From an uncultured Rivularia sp. (GTDB lineage: Bacteria > Cyanobacteriota > Cyanobacteriia > Cyanobacteriales > Nostocaceae): DNA of 64,000 bases. Of the stretch, positions 21,363 to 31,016 are shown one piece after another. The notes beneath the pieces are model-generated. The model did not search any database. It saw only the letters and a program-made list of their open reading frames with translations, and was not told where the DNA came from. The translations under genes were made by a program, and so were the position numbers. The stretch lies in contig OY762007.1 in assembly GCA_963665115.1 (NCBI GenBank), positions 7,968,001-8,032,000 on the forward strand. Reading direction: 5' to 3'. Numbering within the stretch: the stretch's first letter is position 1; each line of letters starts with the position of its first letter.

Positions 21363-21522
21363 TCAAACAAAAAGCGAATCATCCACCGCGACTAAACCAT
21401 CGTCAAACTTGAGAAATTCGATATCAATTAAAGTATCGGTACCAATTCCCGAACCGCTGACGGTAAAGTTATCAGAAGAACCAGCAATCGTAAAATCGGA
21501 TTGATTACCGCTGTATTCAACC
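21363..21522 (-). pseudogene. Orphan 3' remnant of a paralog of the ELWxxDGT/RTX gene
   Basis: Aligns ungapped with 18483-18642 at offset 2880 (VEYSGNQSDFTIAGS...FLKFDDGLVAVDDSLFV*); an in-frame stop lies just upstream. Confidence 0.8.
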
Positions 21523-21650
21523 CATATTAATCATGCGGTGCGATACTTACCTGAATTAATAATTACGAATTACGAACTATATTGACGGTTATGCTTTAAT
21601 GCATTAACAATTAACCAGCATAAGCGTTCACAATTAAGGAAAAGCTGGCA

Positions 21651-23279
21651 GTGGTTAACCAGGAAATACCATCTCCGCATAAAATCGTAGAAACAGATGT
21701 TGTCGCAGTCGCTGTTTACACAAATAAAGCATTGGTGACGCGCCGTGGTGTAGTCGAATTAAGCGGACAGGAACGGGAGTTGATAGTCTCCCAACTGCCA
21801 GTAACTCTTGACACGGAGTCGGTAAGGGTTAGCGGCAAAGGTAATGTGGCGGTGCGTTTGAAAGGTGTAAATGTGGAAAAAATTTACACTACTGAATCGG
21901 TAGTAGCGCGGGTATCGCAGTTACAACAACAAATCGAGCAGTTAGAAGCACAGAAACGGCAATTTCAAGCTCAAATGGATGCTTTGGCGTTACAGTCTAG
22001 GTTTATTGAAGGTTTGCGAGAGAAGACTGAAGATCAATTTTCAATTAGTTTGGCACGTAAAAGCATTAGCTTGAGCGAAACTTTGGATTTACTCAACTTT
22101 CTCGGCAGCCAATATACAGAATATGCCATTTCTACCGAAGATTACAAAAATCAACAGCGGGAATTAGAAAAGCAGTTGGAGGTGCTGTACGCTTCTTTAA
22201 AACAAACTGAATCGCCATCACCCCAAGAAAGTTTTAATTTAACGGTGGGAATTGAAACCGCTGGTAGTGGGGAGTTTGAGTTAGAAGTTTCTTACGTTGT
22301 CAATCGTGCTAGTTGGAAACCGCTTTACGATATTCGAGTTGATAGTAAAGCTAAAAGCGTTAATTTGGGATACCTGGCGCAAATAACTCAAAATACCGGC
22401 GAAGATTGGACAAATGTAAATTTAACTCTTTCTACAGCCAAACCAGGTAGCGGTACTTTACCACCGAAGCCACAACCTTGGTATATTGATATTCCCCAAC
22501 CGGAAATCAGGCAAAGAAGAGCAAGACGGTTTGCATCTGCGCCAATGGCTGCAAAATCTCGCAGCTTTGAATTTGAAGAAGATAATTTATCTGGTGAAAT
22601 CGAAGAATTAGAAAACAAAATTATTGAAGCAGATGTAATTACAGCAGAAGTATCCCAAGAAGGAAATGTAGTTACATTTAACTTAGATGGTAATGGAAAT
22701 ATACCCAGCGACGGCGCACCTCACAAAACTACAATTTTTCAAGATGATTATCCCTGTAGTTTTAGCTATATAACAATGCCTCGTTTGGTAAGTTTTGCTT
22801 ATTTACAGGCAAAAGTGAAAAATAGTTCTAACGGCGCAACCTTGTTACCGGGAAAAGCCAACATTTTTCGCGATAATATTTTTGTAGGAACATCCGAATT
22901 AGAAAACACCGTACCGGGTGAAGAATTTAAATTAAATTTGGGAATTGACGAAGGTTTGAAAATCGAACGCGATTTAGTTGAGCGTGAAGTTGATAAAAGA
23001 TTTATTGGTAATCTTCGCAAAATCACCTATGGATATCGATTGCAGATAAGCAATTTGTTAGATACAGAAGCAAAATTAGAACTTATCGAACAACTACCAG
23101 TCAGCCGCAACGAACAAATAAAAGTACGTCTCAATCGTACAAACCCCCAAATTCAACTCGGTGAAATGGGAATTCTAGAATGGAATTCAACTCTTGCACC
23201 ACAAGAAAAACAAGAAATTTATTATCAGTTTACCGTCGAACATCCACCGCAATTAAATGTCATGGGGCTGAATGTTTGA
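21651..23279 (+). CDS. DUF4140/DUF4139 (MuiA-like) protein
   Basis: VAVYTNKALVTRRG, ASWKPLYDIR and QNTGEDW...LTLSTA motifs. Confidence 0.8.
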   Translation: MVNQEIPSPHKIVETDVVAVAVYTNKALVTRRGVVELSGQERELIVSQLPVTLDTESVRVSGKGNVAVRLKGVNVEKIYTTESVVARVSQLQQQIEQLEAQKRQFQAQMDALALQSRFIEGLREKTEDQFSISLARKSISLSETLDLLNFLGSQYTEYAISTEDYKNQQRELEKQLEVLYASLKQTESPSPQESFNLTVGIETAGSGEFELEVSYVVNRASWKPLYDIRVDSKAKSVNLGYLAQITQNTGEDWTNVNLTLSTAKPGSGTLPPKPQPWYIDIPQPEIRQRRARRFASAPMAAKSRSFEFEEDNLSGEIEELENKIIEADVITAEVSQEGNVVTFNLDGNGNIPSDGAPHKTTIFQDDYPCSFSYITMPRLVSFAYLQAKVKNSSNGATLLPGKANIFRDNIFVGTSELENTVPGEEFKLNLGIDEGLKIERDLVEREVDKRFIGNLRKITYGYRLQISNLLDTEAKLELIEQLPVSRNEQIKVRLNRTNPQIQLGEMGILEWNSTLAPQEKQEIYYQFTVEHPPQLNVMGLNV

Positions 23280-23449
23280 ATTGGTAATTGGTAATTGGTA
23301 ATTGGTAATTGGTAATTGGTAATTGGTAATTGAAAGCCTTGAGTTAGGAGTAATGAGTAGTGAGTAGTGAGTAGTAAGTAATGAGTAGTAAGTAGAGAAT
23401 TAGTTTATACTCTTCCCCTTGTCTCCCCCTCTCCCCCCTCTCCCCCCTC
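23280..23449. repeat. (TTGGTAA)n, (GAGTAGT)n and CCCCCTCT tandem repeats
   Basis: Visible tandem units between convergent genes. Confidence 0.85.
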
Positions 23450-25722
23450 TACCCCCTCTCTCCCTTAGCCGCCGCACGCACAACTCGATTCCCATCGCGA
23501 GCTAGAGCGGCGCGAATCTCGGAGGGAGTGTTGGGATTTTGTGCGATCGCATATCTTTCTAACCAAGATGTAGAATTAATATTTTTTGCTAATATTTCGC
23601 TTGGTGTTGAGGGATGCAAAAAGATCAGTAAGCGGGTAAATATGGGGGTGAAAGAGGTAATGCAATCTGCTAACACTTTACTCACTCTATCTGGAAAGCG
23701 ATTTACTAAAGCTTTGACTGCTGCTTGCTTGATTTGATTATCTGGCTTTCCTAGAATCGCAAGTTGTTCGAGAATATTTAATGATGTGTTGGCATGAGTT
23801 GCAACGGCGACGACAACTTCATTATCTTGGTCTATTGCTAATAGCTCTAGTAAACTACTAGGAGTATTGGGATTTTCAGCTACACCCAAACGCACCATAC
23901 TAATCTTATCTTCTGCTAGCTGCTTGAGCAGGTTTTTGTCGATGTTGGGATGACGTGCAACCCCCTGACGAACAATTACCCATTTGCTATGAGAAAGTTG
24001 TTCGAGGAGTTTTGCAGATGTATTGGGATTTTTAAGAACATCAAGCTGTTCTAAAATACTTTGTGGAGCGTAAGGATTGTTTATTGCTGCGTCTCTAACC
24101 GTTGTATTTTTATCTTGAATTAGTTTTACAAGAGTTTCACGAGGAGTTTTGAGATTTTTCGCGACTATGATGCGTACTTCCCAACGATGATGTTTTGCTA
24201 ATTGTGCAAGTGTCGTGCTTGAAGTGTTTCGATGACGAGCTACAGCAGCACAAATTTTCAAATCGCCAGTTTGCGCTAAACATTCCAAAGTACTATCGGG
24301 GGTTTTGGAATTACTAGACAAGTTGCTAAGTGCAGTTTCCAGAATCGAATTGTTTTCTTGATTGACAAGTTTTTCTAAAACGTGAATCGGAGTATTGGGA
24401 TGCTGTGCAACTCTTTGACGGGTATCGTAATTGCTACTTTCTGCCATTGCCGTTAACATATGAGGGTCATAAACGGCGTATGCTGGCATAATCGGGATGC
24501 CTTGAGCGCGGGCAGTATTAATATAGTCGTGTATTGTAGTTTTTTGCTTATCAAAAGCAATTTTTGCCAGATTATTGGGATGAGCCGCAATAATTTTACC
24601 AATCCAAGCATCATTTTCTGTGGCTAATTGCTTTAATGCTTCTGCACTCGAATTTACGTTGAGCGCTACAGCTTTGCGTACCATAACGTCTTCATCGCTG
24701 GCTAAGCGTAACAATACATCCCCAGGAGTGTTGGAATGAGCCGCAATACCCAAACGAATCCGCATCCATTGACTTGTGGAAAGCTGTCTGAGAATGTCAA
24801 CAGATGTGATTGGATTTTCAGTTGCTTCCAATTGCAGTTGAAACTGCTGGTGTAAAGTTAGGGGTGTAAACGGATGACAAGCAACTGCTTCGCGTACAAT
24901 ATCGCTAACATCTCCCATCAAATCTTCAACAATATTTATCGGAGTACGAGGATTTTGAGCAACATAAGCGCGTACTCTACTGTAACTATCCGTAGCCAAA
25001 ATTTCCAAAACTTGCTCGTGAGTATTTAAACTTTCGGCAATATGCAAACGCACCTCAGCATCCAGCGTTTTTAACAGATATTCCGGTACCGCACCAATAA
25101 CCCATAGATACATTTCAGATTGGCGATCGCGTGGTAAATTTGTAGTCTGCATTGCCGCAATCGCAACTTCATTCCATCCAGAAGGCATTTCCCCAGCTAA
25201 AGTAACGTGTAACCGAGCAGCTTCAGCAACTTCTATATTTTGTATTTGAGTTAATGCGAGCAAAGCTGATAGGGGCGTTTTAAGATTCATCGCAATGGTT
25301 AACAGCACTTCTACATCATCATGACTCGTTGCCAATTCTAGAAACTGGGGTGGTACCTCATCAAGTATCAGCAAAGAAAGCAAAGTAACAAGCGGGATGT
25401 CCGCAACAAAGTTAGGATTCTCTAATAACAGTAAGGAAAATACCGGATTTTCTAACAACCGTTGGGGAAATTCTGCGCCTAATTCCAATAAGATTTCTGT
25501 TGGCGTATTGGGATTACCAGCAACGTTTTTCCGTATAATATTATCCGAATTAATGCTAAAATGCCGCAGCAAATCAGGAGCGGCATTTGCATTCTTGGCT
25601 ACGATTCTTGCCAGTTCAATATTAATTTTAGATAACTCTTCTAGCCGCTGTGGAGAAAATTCCTCGCTCGCTGCTTCTTGCCGAAGTTCTGATAAATTCG
25701 GTTCTGGGGAACGATTAGCCAT
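23449..25722 (-). CDS. Leucine-rich-repeat-variant (LRV)/HEAT repeat protein, 757 aa
   Basis: Many ~24-aa VRxxVAxNPNTPxxxLxxLA repeats. Confidence 0.85.
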   Translation of the reverse strand: MANRSPEPNLSELRQEAASEEFSPQRLEELSKINIELARIVAKNANAAPDLLRHFSINSDNIIRKNVAGNPNTPTEILLELGAEFPQRLLENPVFSLLLLENPNFVADIPLVTLLSLLILDEVPPQFLELATSHDDVEVLLTIAMNLKTPLSALLALTQIQNIEVAEAARLHVTLAGEMPSGWNEVAIAAMQTTNLPRDRQSEMYLWVIGAVPEYLLKTLDAEVRLHIAESLNTHEQVLEILATDSYSRVRAYVAQNPRTPINIVEDLMGDVSDIVREAVACHPFTPLTLHQQFQLQLEATENPITSVDILRQLSTSQWMRIRLGIAAHSNTPGDVLLRLASDEDVMVRKAVALNVNSSAEALKQLATENDAWIGKIIAAHPNNLAKIAFDKQKTTIHDYINTARAQGIPIMPAYAVYDPHMLTAMAESSNYDTRQRVAQHPNTPIHVLEKLVNQENNSILETALSNLSSNSKTPDSTLECLAQTGDLKICAAVARHRNTSSTTLAQLAKHHRWEVRIIVAKNLKTPRETLVKLIQDKNTTVRDAAINNPYAPQSILEQLDVLKNPNTSAKLLEQLSHSKWVIVRQGVARHPNIDKNLLKQLAEDKISMVRLGVAENPNTPSSLLELLAIDQDNEVVVAVATHANTSLNILEQLAILGKPDNQIKQAAVKALVNRFPDRVSKVLADCITSFTPIFTRLLIFLHPSTPSEILAKNINSTSWLERYAIAQNPNTPSEIRAALARDGNRVVRAAAKGERG

Positions 25723-25842
25723 AGCGAATAACTAGTAAGTAATATAGAATGAAATGTATATTTTCTGAAGCTAACTATTACATAACTTCTCGTATTTCTA
25801 CAGAATTGGTCAAGAGTAAATATTGCAATATCAATTATCAGT

Positions 25843-25961
25843 TAAGTAGGTAAACGTAATTAAATACAAGATAAGACCTCACCCTGCCTCCGGCTTCCCT
25901 CTCCTTAGCAAGGAGAGGGATTGAGGGTGAGGTTTTATAGTTAATTTGACCCAGTTACTTA
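25843..25961. mobile_element. MITE-like element, copy 1 (TA-bounded, internal GC-rich hairpin)
   Basis: Imperfect terminal IRs TAAGTA...AATTAA; hairpin CCTCACCC..CCCTCTCCTTAGCAAGGAGAGGG..GGGTGAGG; inverted second copy at 29377-29653. Confidence 0.65.
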
Positions 25962-26260
25962 CCATTGATTAAAAGTTATATAAATTACAAATAGCTAGTT
26001 ATAAACTACATCGAATTATATAAATATTCTCTTTAATTCAATTTGCTTTCAGTAACGATACCAACTAAATTTATCAAAAATAAATTAAAATACATAAAAA
26101 ATAAATATAATATAGCAATCTTAATTTATTCATTCAAATAAACAAACCCAGCTTTTTAAATAAACCGGGTTTCTCAATACTTAAAATTGTTACAACTTAT
26201 ATACGATTACGATAGTAAAATATATTATGCTTCTCCCCTAACTGCTGCATAAAATCATCC

Positions 26261-26905
26261 TTATCCTTGATTAAAAATAAAGTGCTTTGGTTTTTGAGTC
26301 TGAATAAACTTAGTCATAATATCTTTTTCTTTAACAGTTGGTGTTGCAAAACAACCTGCTGTCCCAACCTTATAATTTCCACTAAAAGTTGATGGATCGT
26401 AATGAATACCAATCTCCGAACGCTTTGTATTAAATGTTGGTGTAATCGGCGACCAAACTCCCCCAAATTGTGCTTTTAAATCTTCACCTTTATATACCCA
26501 TCCGGGAGCATCAAAAGTATAAATTCCAAAAGGCGGAGGAGTTTGAGAATCTTCAATATGAGAAGGAGTTTGCTTGTCGATTCTACCGGAAATAAGCCTT
26601 ACCGTATTCACAGTATTACCATTGCGATCGACTAATATAGTTTTATATACTCTTAAACCACCAGCCACAGTTTCATTAGTACGAGTAGCTACTACTTTAG
26701 CACCTTTAACTACTTTCAAAAAGCTCGATGCTACCCAACGATTTTTACCAATTTGTACCCAATCCCAGTCTCCTTGACGAATTGATTCTCCTTGTACTTT
26801 TACTTGAGTACCATTCCCAATATATTCGATTTTTTCTCCCAATGGTGCATTACGAACTGTAAGAGAATCGGCATCTTTTGTATGAACGTAAGCGACATAA
26901 TCCAT
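26261..26905 (-). CDS. SH3b domain plus YkuD/L,D-transpeptidase-like domain protein
   Basis: LTVRNAP...WVQIG..RWVAS (SH3b); GIHYD...GTAGC His/Cys motif. Confidence 0.65.
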   Translation of the reverse strand: MDYVAYVHTKDADSLTVRNAPLGEKIEYIGNGTQVKVQGESIRQGDWDWVQIGKNRWVASSFLKVVKGAKVVATRTNETVAGGLRVYKTILVDRNGNTVNTVRLISGRIDKQTPSHIEDSQTPPPFGIYTFDAPGWVYKGEDLKAQFGGVWSPITPTFNTKRSEIGIHYDPSTFSGNYKVGTAGCFATPTVKEKDIMTKFIQTQKPKHFIFNQG

Positions 26906-27470
26906 TATTTTTTATGTGTATTATTAATTATTTTATATTCTAGTAAATACTTCAATTTCAAATCTAGGATTACGGATTTAGAATGCTTTCTTGTGTTAAC
27001 TTTGTTACTATTCATCTAATTAGTGGTGCAACTAATTACTTCTATCTCATTCTAAAATGACTTATCTCTATGAAACTTCTTTCCTCCGCGCTCTGCGGTT
27101 TTTTTTCTTATTAATCTTCTAACCGCAAGTAATTAAATTATCAACTTACATCTTGTACCATTCTCAACAAGCCCAAAGAAACCCGGTTTCTCTTCACGAA
27201 AGCACGACTATCTCGCTGTGAAATAAACAAGAAACCGGGTTTGTGATATTGAGCAAGGCTTAATTCGCCGCCATCATACCCACAAAGTCGCTACAGATGT
27301 TTCACCTGCAAAAGTCACAAAATTTAATCAAAATTATTCAGTTTTAGTGTATAATAAGTAACGTTTAACCTGACTTTTTCAAAAAAACAAATTAAATTTG
27401 TGTCATTTTAAACAACTATATGGTACTAATGAACTACAATATATTTGTAGTATTCGTATAGGTTTAATTA

Positions 27471-28412
27471 ATGGTTTCAAGCCATCCTCAATTATTAACT
27501 GTTACAGTAGCTCCGAAGCCTTTTTTGAAATGGGCTGGAGGCAAAACTCAATTAATCAAACAGATAAGTAAATATTTGCCACAGGAATTAAGTAGCGGCT
27601 CTATCAAAAAATATGTAGAGCCATTTATCGGAGGAGGGGCTTTATTTTTTTTGTTCGGCTACAATTATCCAATTAAAGAAATTTTTATATCTGATGTCAA
27701 TGTTGATTTAGTATTAACATATAAAACCATTCAGCATAACGTAGATGGTCTGATAGAATTGTTATTAGATATTGAAAAAAAATATTTATCTTTAAACTTA
27801 AATCAAAGGTCTGACTATTTTTATCAAGTTAGAAGTCAATTTAATTCTAGAAAAAATCGGATAGATTTACTTAAATATAATTCGGAATGGCTAGAAAGAA
27901 CTGCACAAGTTATTTTTTTAAACAAAACTTGTTTTAACGGATTGTTTCGAGTAAATTCTAAGGGTGAATTTAATGTTCCTATAGGCAAATATAAGAAACC
28001 ATCTTTATGTAGCCCAGAAAATTTAAGATCGGTGGCTAAAATTCTGCAAAGAACAGAAATTTTGCAAGGAGATTTTACTAAATGCGAATCATTCATTGAT
28101 TCTGATACTTTTGTATATTTCGATCCTCCTTATAGACCAATTAGTAATACATCCAATTTTACATCTTATTCTCATCAAATATTTGATGATTCAGAACAAT
28201 TAAGGTTACGTAATTTTTTCACAACACTCGATAAAAAAGGTGCATTACTTCTTTTGAGTAATTCCGATCCTAAAAATCAGAATTCCGAAGATGATTTTTT
28301 TGAAAAACTTTATGCCGATTATCGTATAGAAAGAGTGAAAGCCACCCGGCATATCAATAGTAATTCTTTAAAACGTAACTCGATTAATGAACTGTTAATT
28401 ATGAATTATTAG
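27471..28412 (+). CDS. Dam/DpnM-family adenine methyltransferase
   Basis: PFLKWAGGK, EPFIGGG, FNGLFRVN and catalytic DPPY motifs. Confidence 0.92.
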   Translation: MVSSHPQLLTVTVAPKPFLKWAGGKTQLIKQISKYLPQELSSGSIKKYVEPFIGGGALFFLFGYNYPIKEIFISDVNVDLVLTYKTIQHNVDGLIELLLDIEKKYLSLNLNQRSDYFYQVRSQFNSRKNRIDLLKYNSEWLERTAQVIFLNKTCFNGLFRVNSKGEFNVPIGKYKKPSLCSPENLRSVAKILQRTEILQGDFTKCESFIDSDTFVYFDPPYRPISNTSNFTSYSHQIFDDSEQLRLRNFFTTLDKKGALLLLSNSDPKNQNSEDDFFEKLYADYRIERVKATRHINSNSLKRNSINELLIMNY

Positions 28413-28429
28413 ATAGAAGTAGATAGAAC

Positions 28430-29356
28430 GTGAAATATAGCTTTTTATTTCAAAAATATTTTAACTGCTCTAACGAGTCAGAAGTTTTTCAATATTTAAA
28501 AGATACATTAACAGATTCAATCACGGGATGGCACTATTTTGTCGATTGGCCAAAAGTACTAATTAGATTTAGAGAAAACGAGATTTATTTGAACGCATTG
28601 AATTATTTAGTTGGCAAAGAAGACATAGAAAATGAATTTCGTTATCTTTTACAACAAATGCCTCAAATTGTCAGCGCGATACCTATTTTAATTGCCTGCC
28701 GCACTTTTAATTTTCAGATATTGACCGATTACACCAACAATAATTTTAGATATAAATCTTTTAATTTTAGAAATCAAAGTCTTTTATTTCCCCAAGACAT
28801 CGATGATATAGTCGAATTTACCAAAAATGCCGGGGTATTAGAACTATTTAAAAATAGAACTATCAAAAGTATTCCCGATTATGTGCTGGGAATTGAAGTA
28901 GGTTTAGACAGCAACGGCAGAAAAAATCGTGGTGGAACAGCGATGGAGACTATTGTAGAAAGTTTGATTACTGCAATATGTGAGGAAAACGATTTTGTGT
29001 TTATTCCACAGGCGACTTCTGACAAGATAAAAAAACAATGGAATATTGATGTTGAGGTAGATAAATCCAGTCGATGTTTTGATTTTGCGGTTAAAAATAA
29101 AAATAATTTATATTTAATAGAAGCTAACTTTTACGGTGGAACTGGTTCTAAATTAAAAGCTACCGCAGGAGAATATAAAGGATTATTTGATTTTATATCC
29201 AGCCAAGGACATCAATTTATTTGGATAACCGATGGTTTGGGATGGAAGAGTACTTTACATCCTTTAGAAGAAACTTTTAAACATATAGATTACACCTTAA
29301 ATTTAAACATGGTTGTTGACGGTTTGCTTGGAGAATTGATTGCACAACAATTATGA
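28430..29356 (+). CDS. DpnII/MboI-family type II restriction endonuclease
   Basis: GIEVGLDSNGRKNRGGTAME, FDF, EANFYGGTGSKL and FIWITDG motifs; next to the Dam-like MTase. Confidence 0.88.
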   Translation: MKYSFLFQKYFNCSNESEVFQYLKDTLTDSITGWHYFVDWPKVLIRFRENEIYLNALNYLVGKEDIENEFRYLLQQMPQIVSAIPILIACRTFNFQILTDYTNNNFRYKSFNFRNQSLLFPQDIDDIVEFTKNAGVLELFKNRTIKSIPDYVLGIEVGLDSNGRKNRGGTAMETIVESLITAICEENDFVFIPQATSDKIKKQWNIDVEVDKSSRCFDFAVKNKNNLYLIEANFYGGTGSKLKATAGEYKGLFDFISSQGHQFIWITDGLGWKSTLHPLEETFKHIDYTLNLNMVVDGLLGELIAQQL

Positions 29357-29376
29357 GGGAATTGGTAATTACAAAT

Positions 29377-29653
29377 TAAATAACTAGGTCAAATAAAATA
29401 TGAAACCTTACCCTCCTTATCAAGGCTATTGTGTACACACATCTCGTTAGATCCCCCTAAATCCCCCTTAAAAAGGGGGACTTTAACTCCGATTCCCCCC
29501 TTTTTTAAGGGGGGTTAGGGGGGATCAAAACGTTATGGAGCAACTTAATAAGACTTGTGTGTACACCGTAGCCTTATCAAGGAGAGGGATTGAGGGTGAG
29601 GTTGAGTCGATTGAGTGAGCTTTTATCTTATATTTAATTAGGTTTCCCAATTA
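29377..29653. mobile_element. MITE-like element, copy 2 (inverted relative to copy 1), with a nested insertion
   Basis: Ends match the reverse complement of the ends of 25843-25961. Confidence 0.65.
29426..29571. mobile_element. 146-bp MITE with IS50/Tn5-like ends and a 9-11-bp target duplication
   Basis: Ends CTATTGTGTACACACATCT and (reverse complement) CTACGGTGTACACACAAGT; CCTTATCAAGG at 29415-29425 and 29572-29582. Confidence 0.75.
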
Positions 29654-29699
29654 CCCATTACCAATTCCCCATGCCCTATGCCCAATTCCCAATTCCAAT

Positions 29700-30917
29700 T
29701 TAAACAGATAACAACCTTACTGCTTCTCCAAAGGGAAACTCTTCTAAAGCCAAACCACCAGGAGTAACTACCCATAAAACTGGTAATTCCGGTGCTGTAT
29801 CCGGGAAAGTACCATAACCATCTGTTAAATAAACGCATACCCCCGCTTGATGTCCGTCCCATCTTTGAGCAACTTTATCAAAGAAAGGTACAAACGATGT
29901 ACCGCCGCCACCTTGGGGTTTTGGCGGCATCGAATCGGCATTGATTTCATAAGGGCCGTAAACTTCGGCATCAACGTAATAAAAATCACATTCAATATGA
30001 GGGTAAGAACTTAAAATACCCTGCACTTCCGAGAAAAATAAACCCAGTAACTTTGTATCGATTGAGCCGCTGGTATCCAAAGCCAAATAAACGCGAATCG
30101 ATTCCCCCTGCAAACTTTCCAGATACAGCCCGCGCCCAACAAAGCGGCGATCGAATCCAGAAAAATCAGTAGGGGTTTGGACTAAATATCGCCAAAGGTA
30201 AGAGCGCCAATCAATTTGAGCGGAATCTAAAGTTCCTAACTCTCGTTCTATTCCCCCTCCCAAACTACCTTTATTTTGCGTGCGAGCTACAGTAGCGGCT
30301 TGCTGCATCGCATTACGCCAATGCGCTTCCATTGCCGCTTTTTTGGCTTGAGACATACTATCGCCAGTTTGAGAAGTTGGTGAATTTGGACCTTTTCCTT
30401 CCTTATCTTCCCCCTCCTGACTTTCTCCAATACTTCCTTCTTGTTCGGAACCTCCAGCATCTTCTGGTGGGCTATCAAGTAAATCGGGGTTGGTTAATTC
30501 TGGTGCATTATCGGCATCTTGAAGCAATATTTCGTAGACTTCTTCCACGCTTAAATGTTCTAAATTAACTTCTCTCAAAGTTCCTTCAGGCAATTCAAAA
30601 CCGTGAGCCGCAATCATGCCGTTGATCGCAATATCGGCCGCAATATTCCACAACTGAGCATCCCGCACACCCCGACGCGGTACGTGAAGCAGCGCCGCGT
30701 GTAAAACTTCGTGTAGCAACACGCCATCAAGTTGTTTTGCAGGTAAAGATAATAAAAATTCAACATTATAGAAAATATCTTTACCATCAGTAGCAGCAGT
30801 TGGCAATTTTTCCGTAGGAACAAAACGAGCAAACATCGCTAAAGTTGCAAAAAAAGGCGATTTTGTTTGCAAGCGCAACAAAGACGCGCTGATAGTTTTT
30901 TGAATATCTTCAGTCAT
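29700..30917 (-). CDS. DUF2201-type putative metallopeptidase plus vWA domain protein
   Basis: TAATDG, HEVLH (HExxH), WNIAADIAIN; MIDAS elements DTSGS, GGGT and TDG. Confidence 0.85.
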   Translation of the reverse strand: MTEDIQKTISASLLRLQTKSPFFATLAMFARFVPTEKLPTAATDGKDIFYNVEFLLSLPAKQLDGVLLHEVLHAALLHVPRRGVRDAQLWNIAADIAINGMIAAHGFELPEGTLREVNLEHLSVEEVYEILLQDADNAPELTNPDLLDSPPEDAGGSEQEGSIGESQEGEDKEGKGPNSPTSQTGDSMSQAKKAAMEAHWRNAMQQAATVARTQNKGSLGGGIERELGTLDSAQIDWRSYLWRYLVQTPTDFSGFDRRFVGRGLYLESLQGESIRVYLALDTSGSIDTKLLGLFFSEVQGILSSYPHIECDFYYVDAEVYGPYEINADSMPPKPQGGGGTSFVPFFDKVAQRWDGHQAGVCVYLTDGYGTFPDTAPELPVLWVVTPGGLALEEFPFGEAVRLLSV

Positions 30918-31016
30918 GATAAAGAGTTAGGAGTTATGAGTTAATAATTGTAGAGACGTAGCAATGCTACGTCTGTTATTAAGTTAAGAGTTAGGATTTT
31001 TACACCTTTAACCTTT

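Noticed and set aside
21363..21522. Possible DGR template repeat for the 3' end of the ELWxxDGT gene
   Set aside because: Mismatches are mostly synonymous third-position changes of all base types rather than adenine-specific, and there is no reverse transcriptase in the window.
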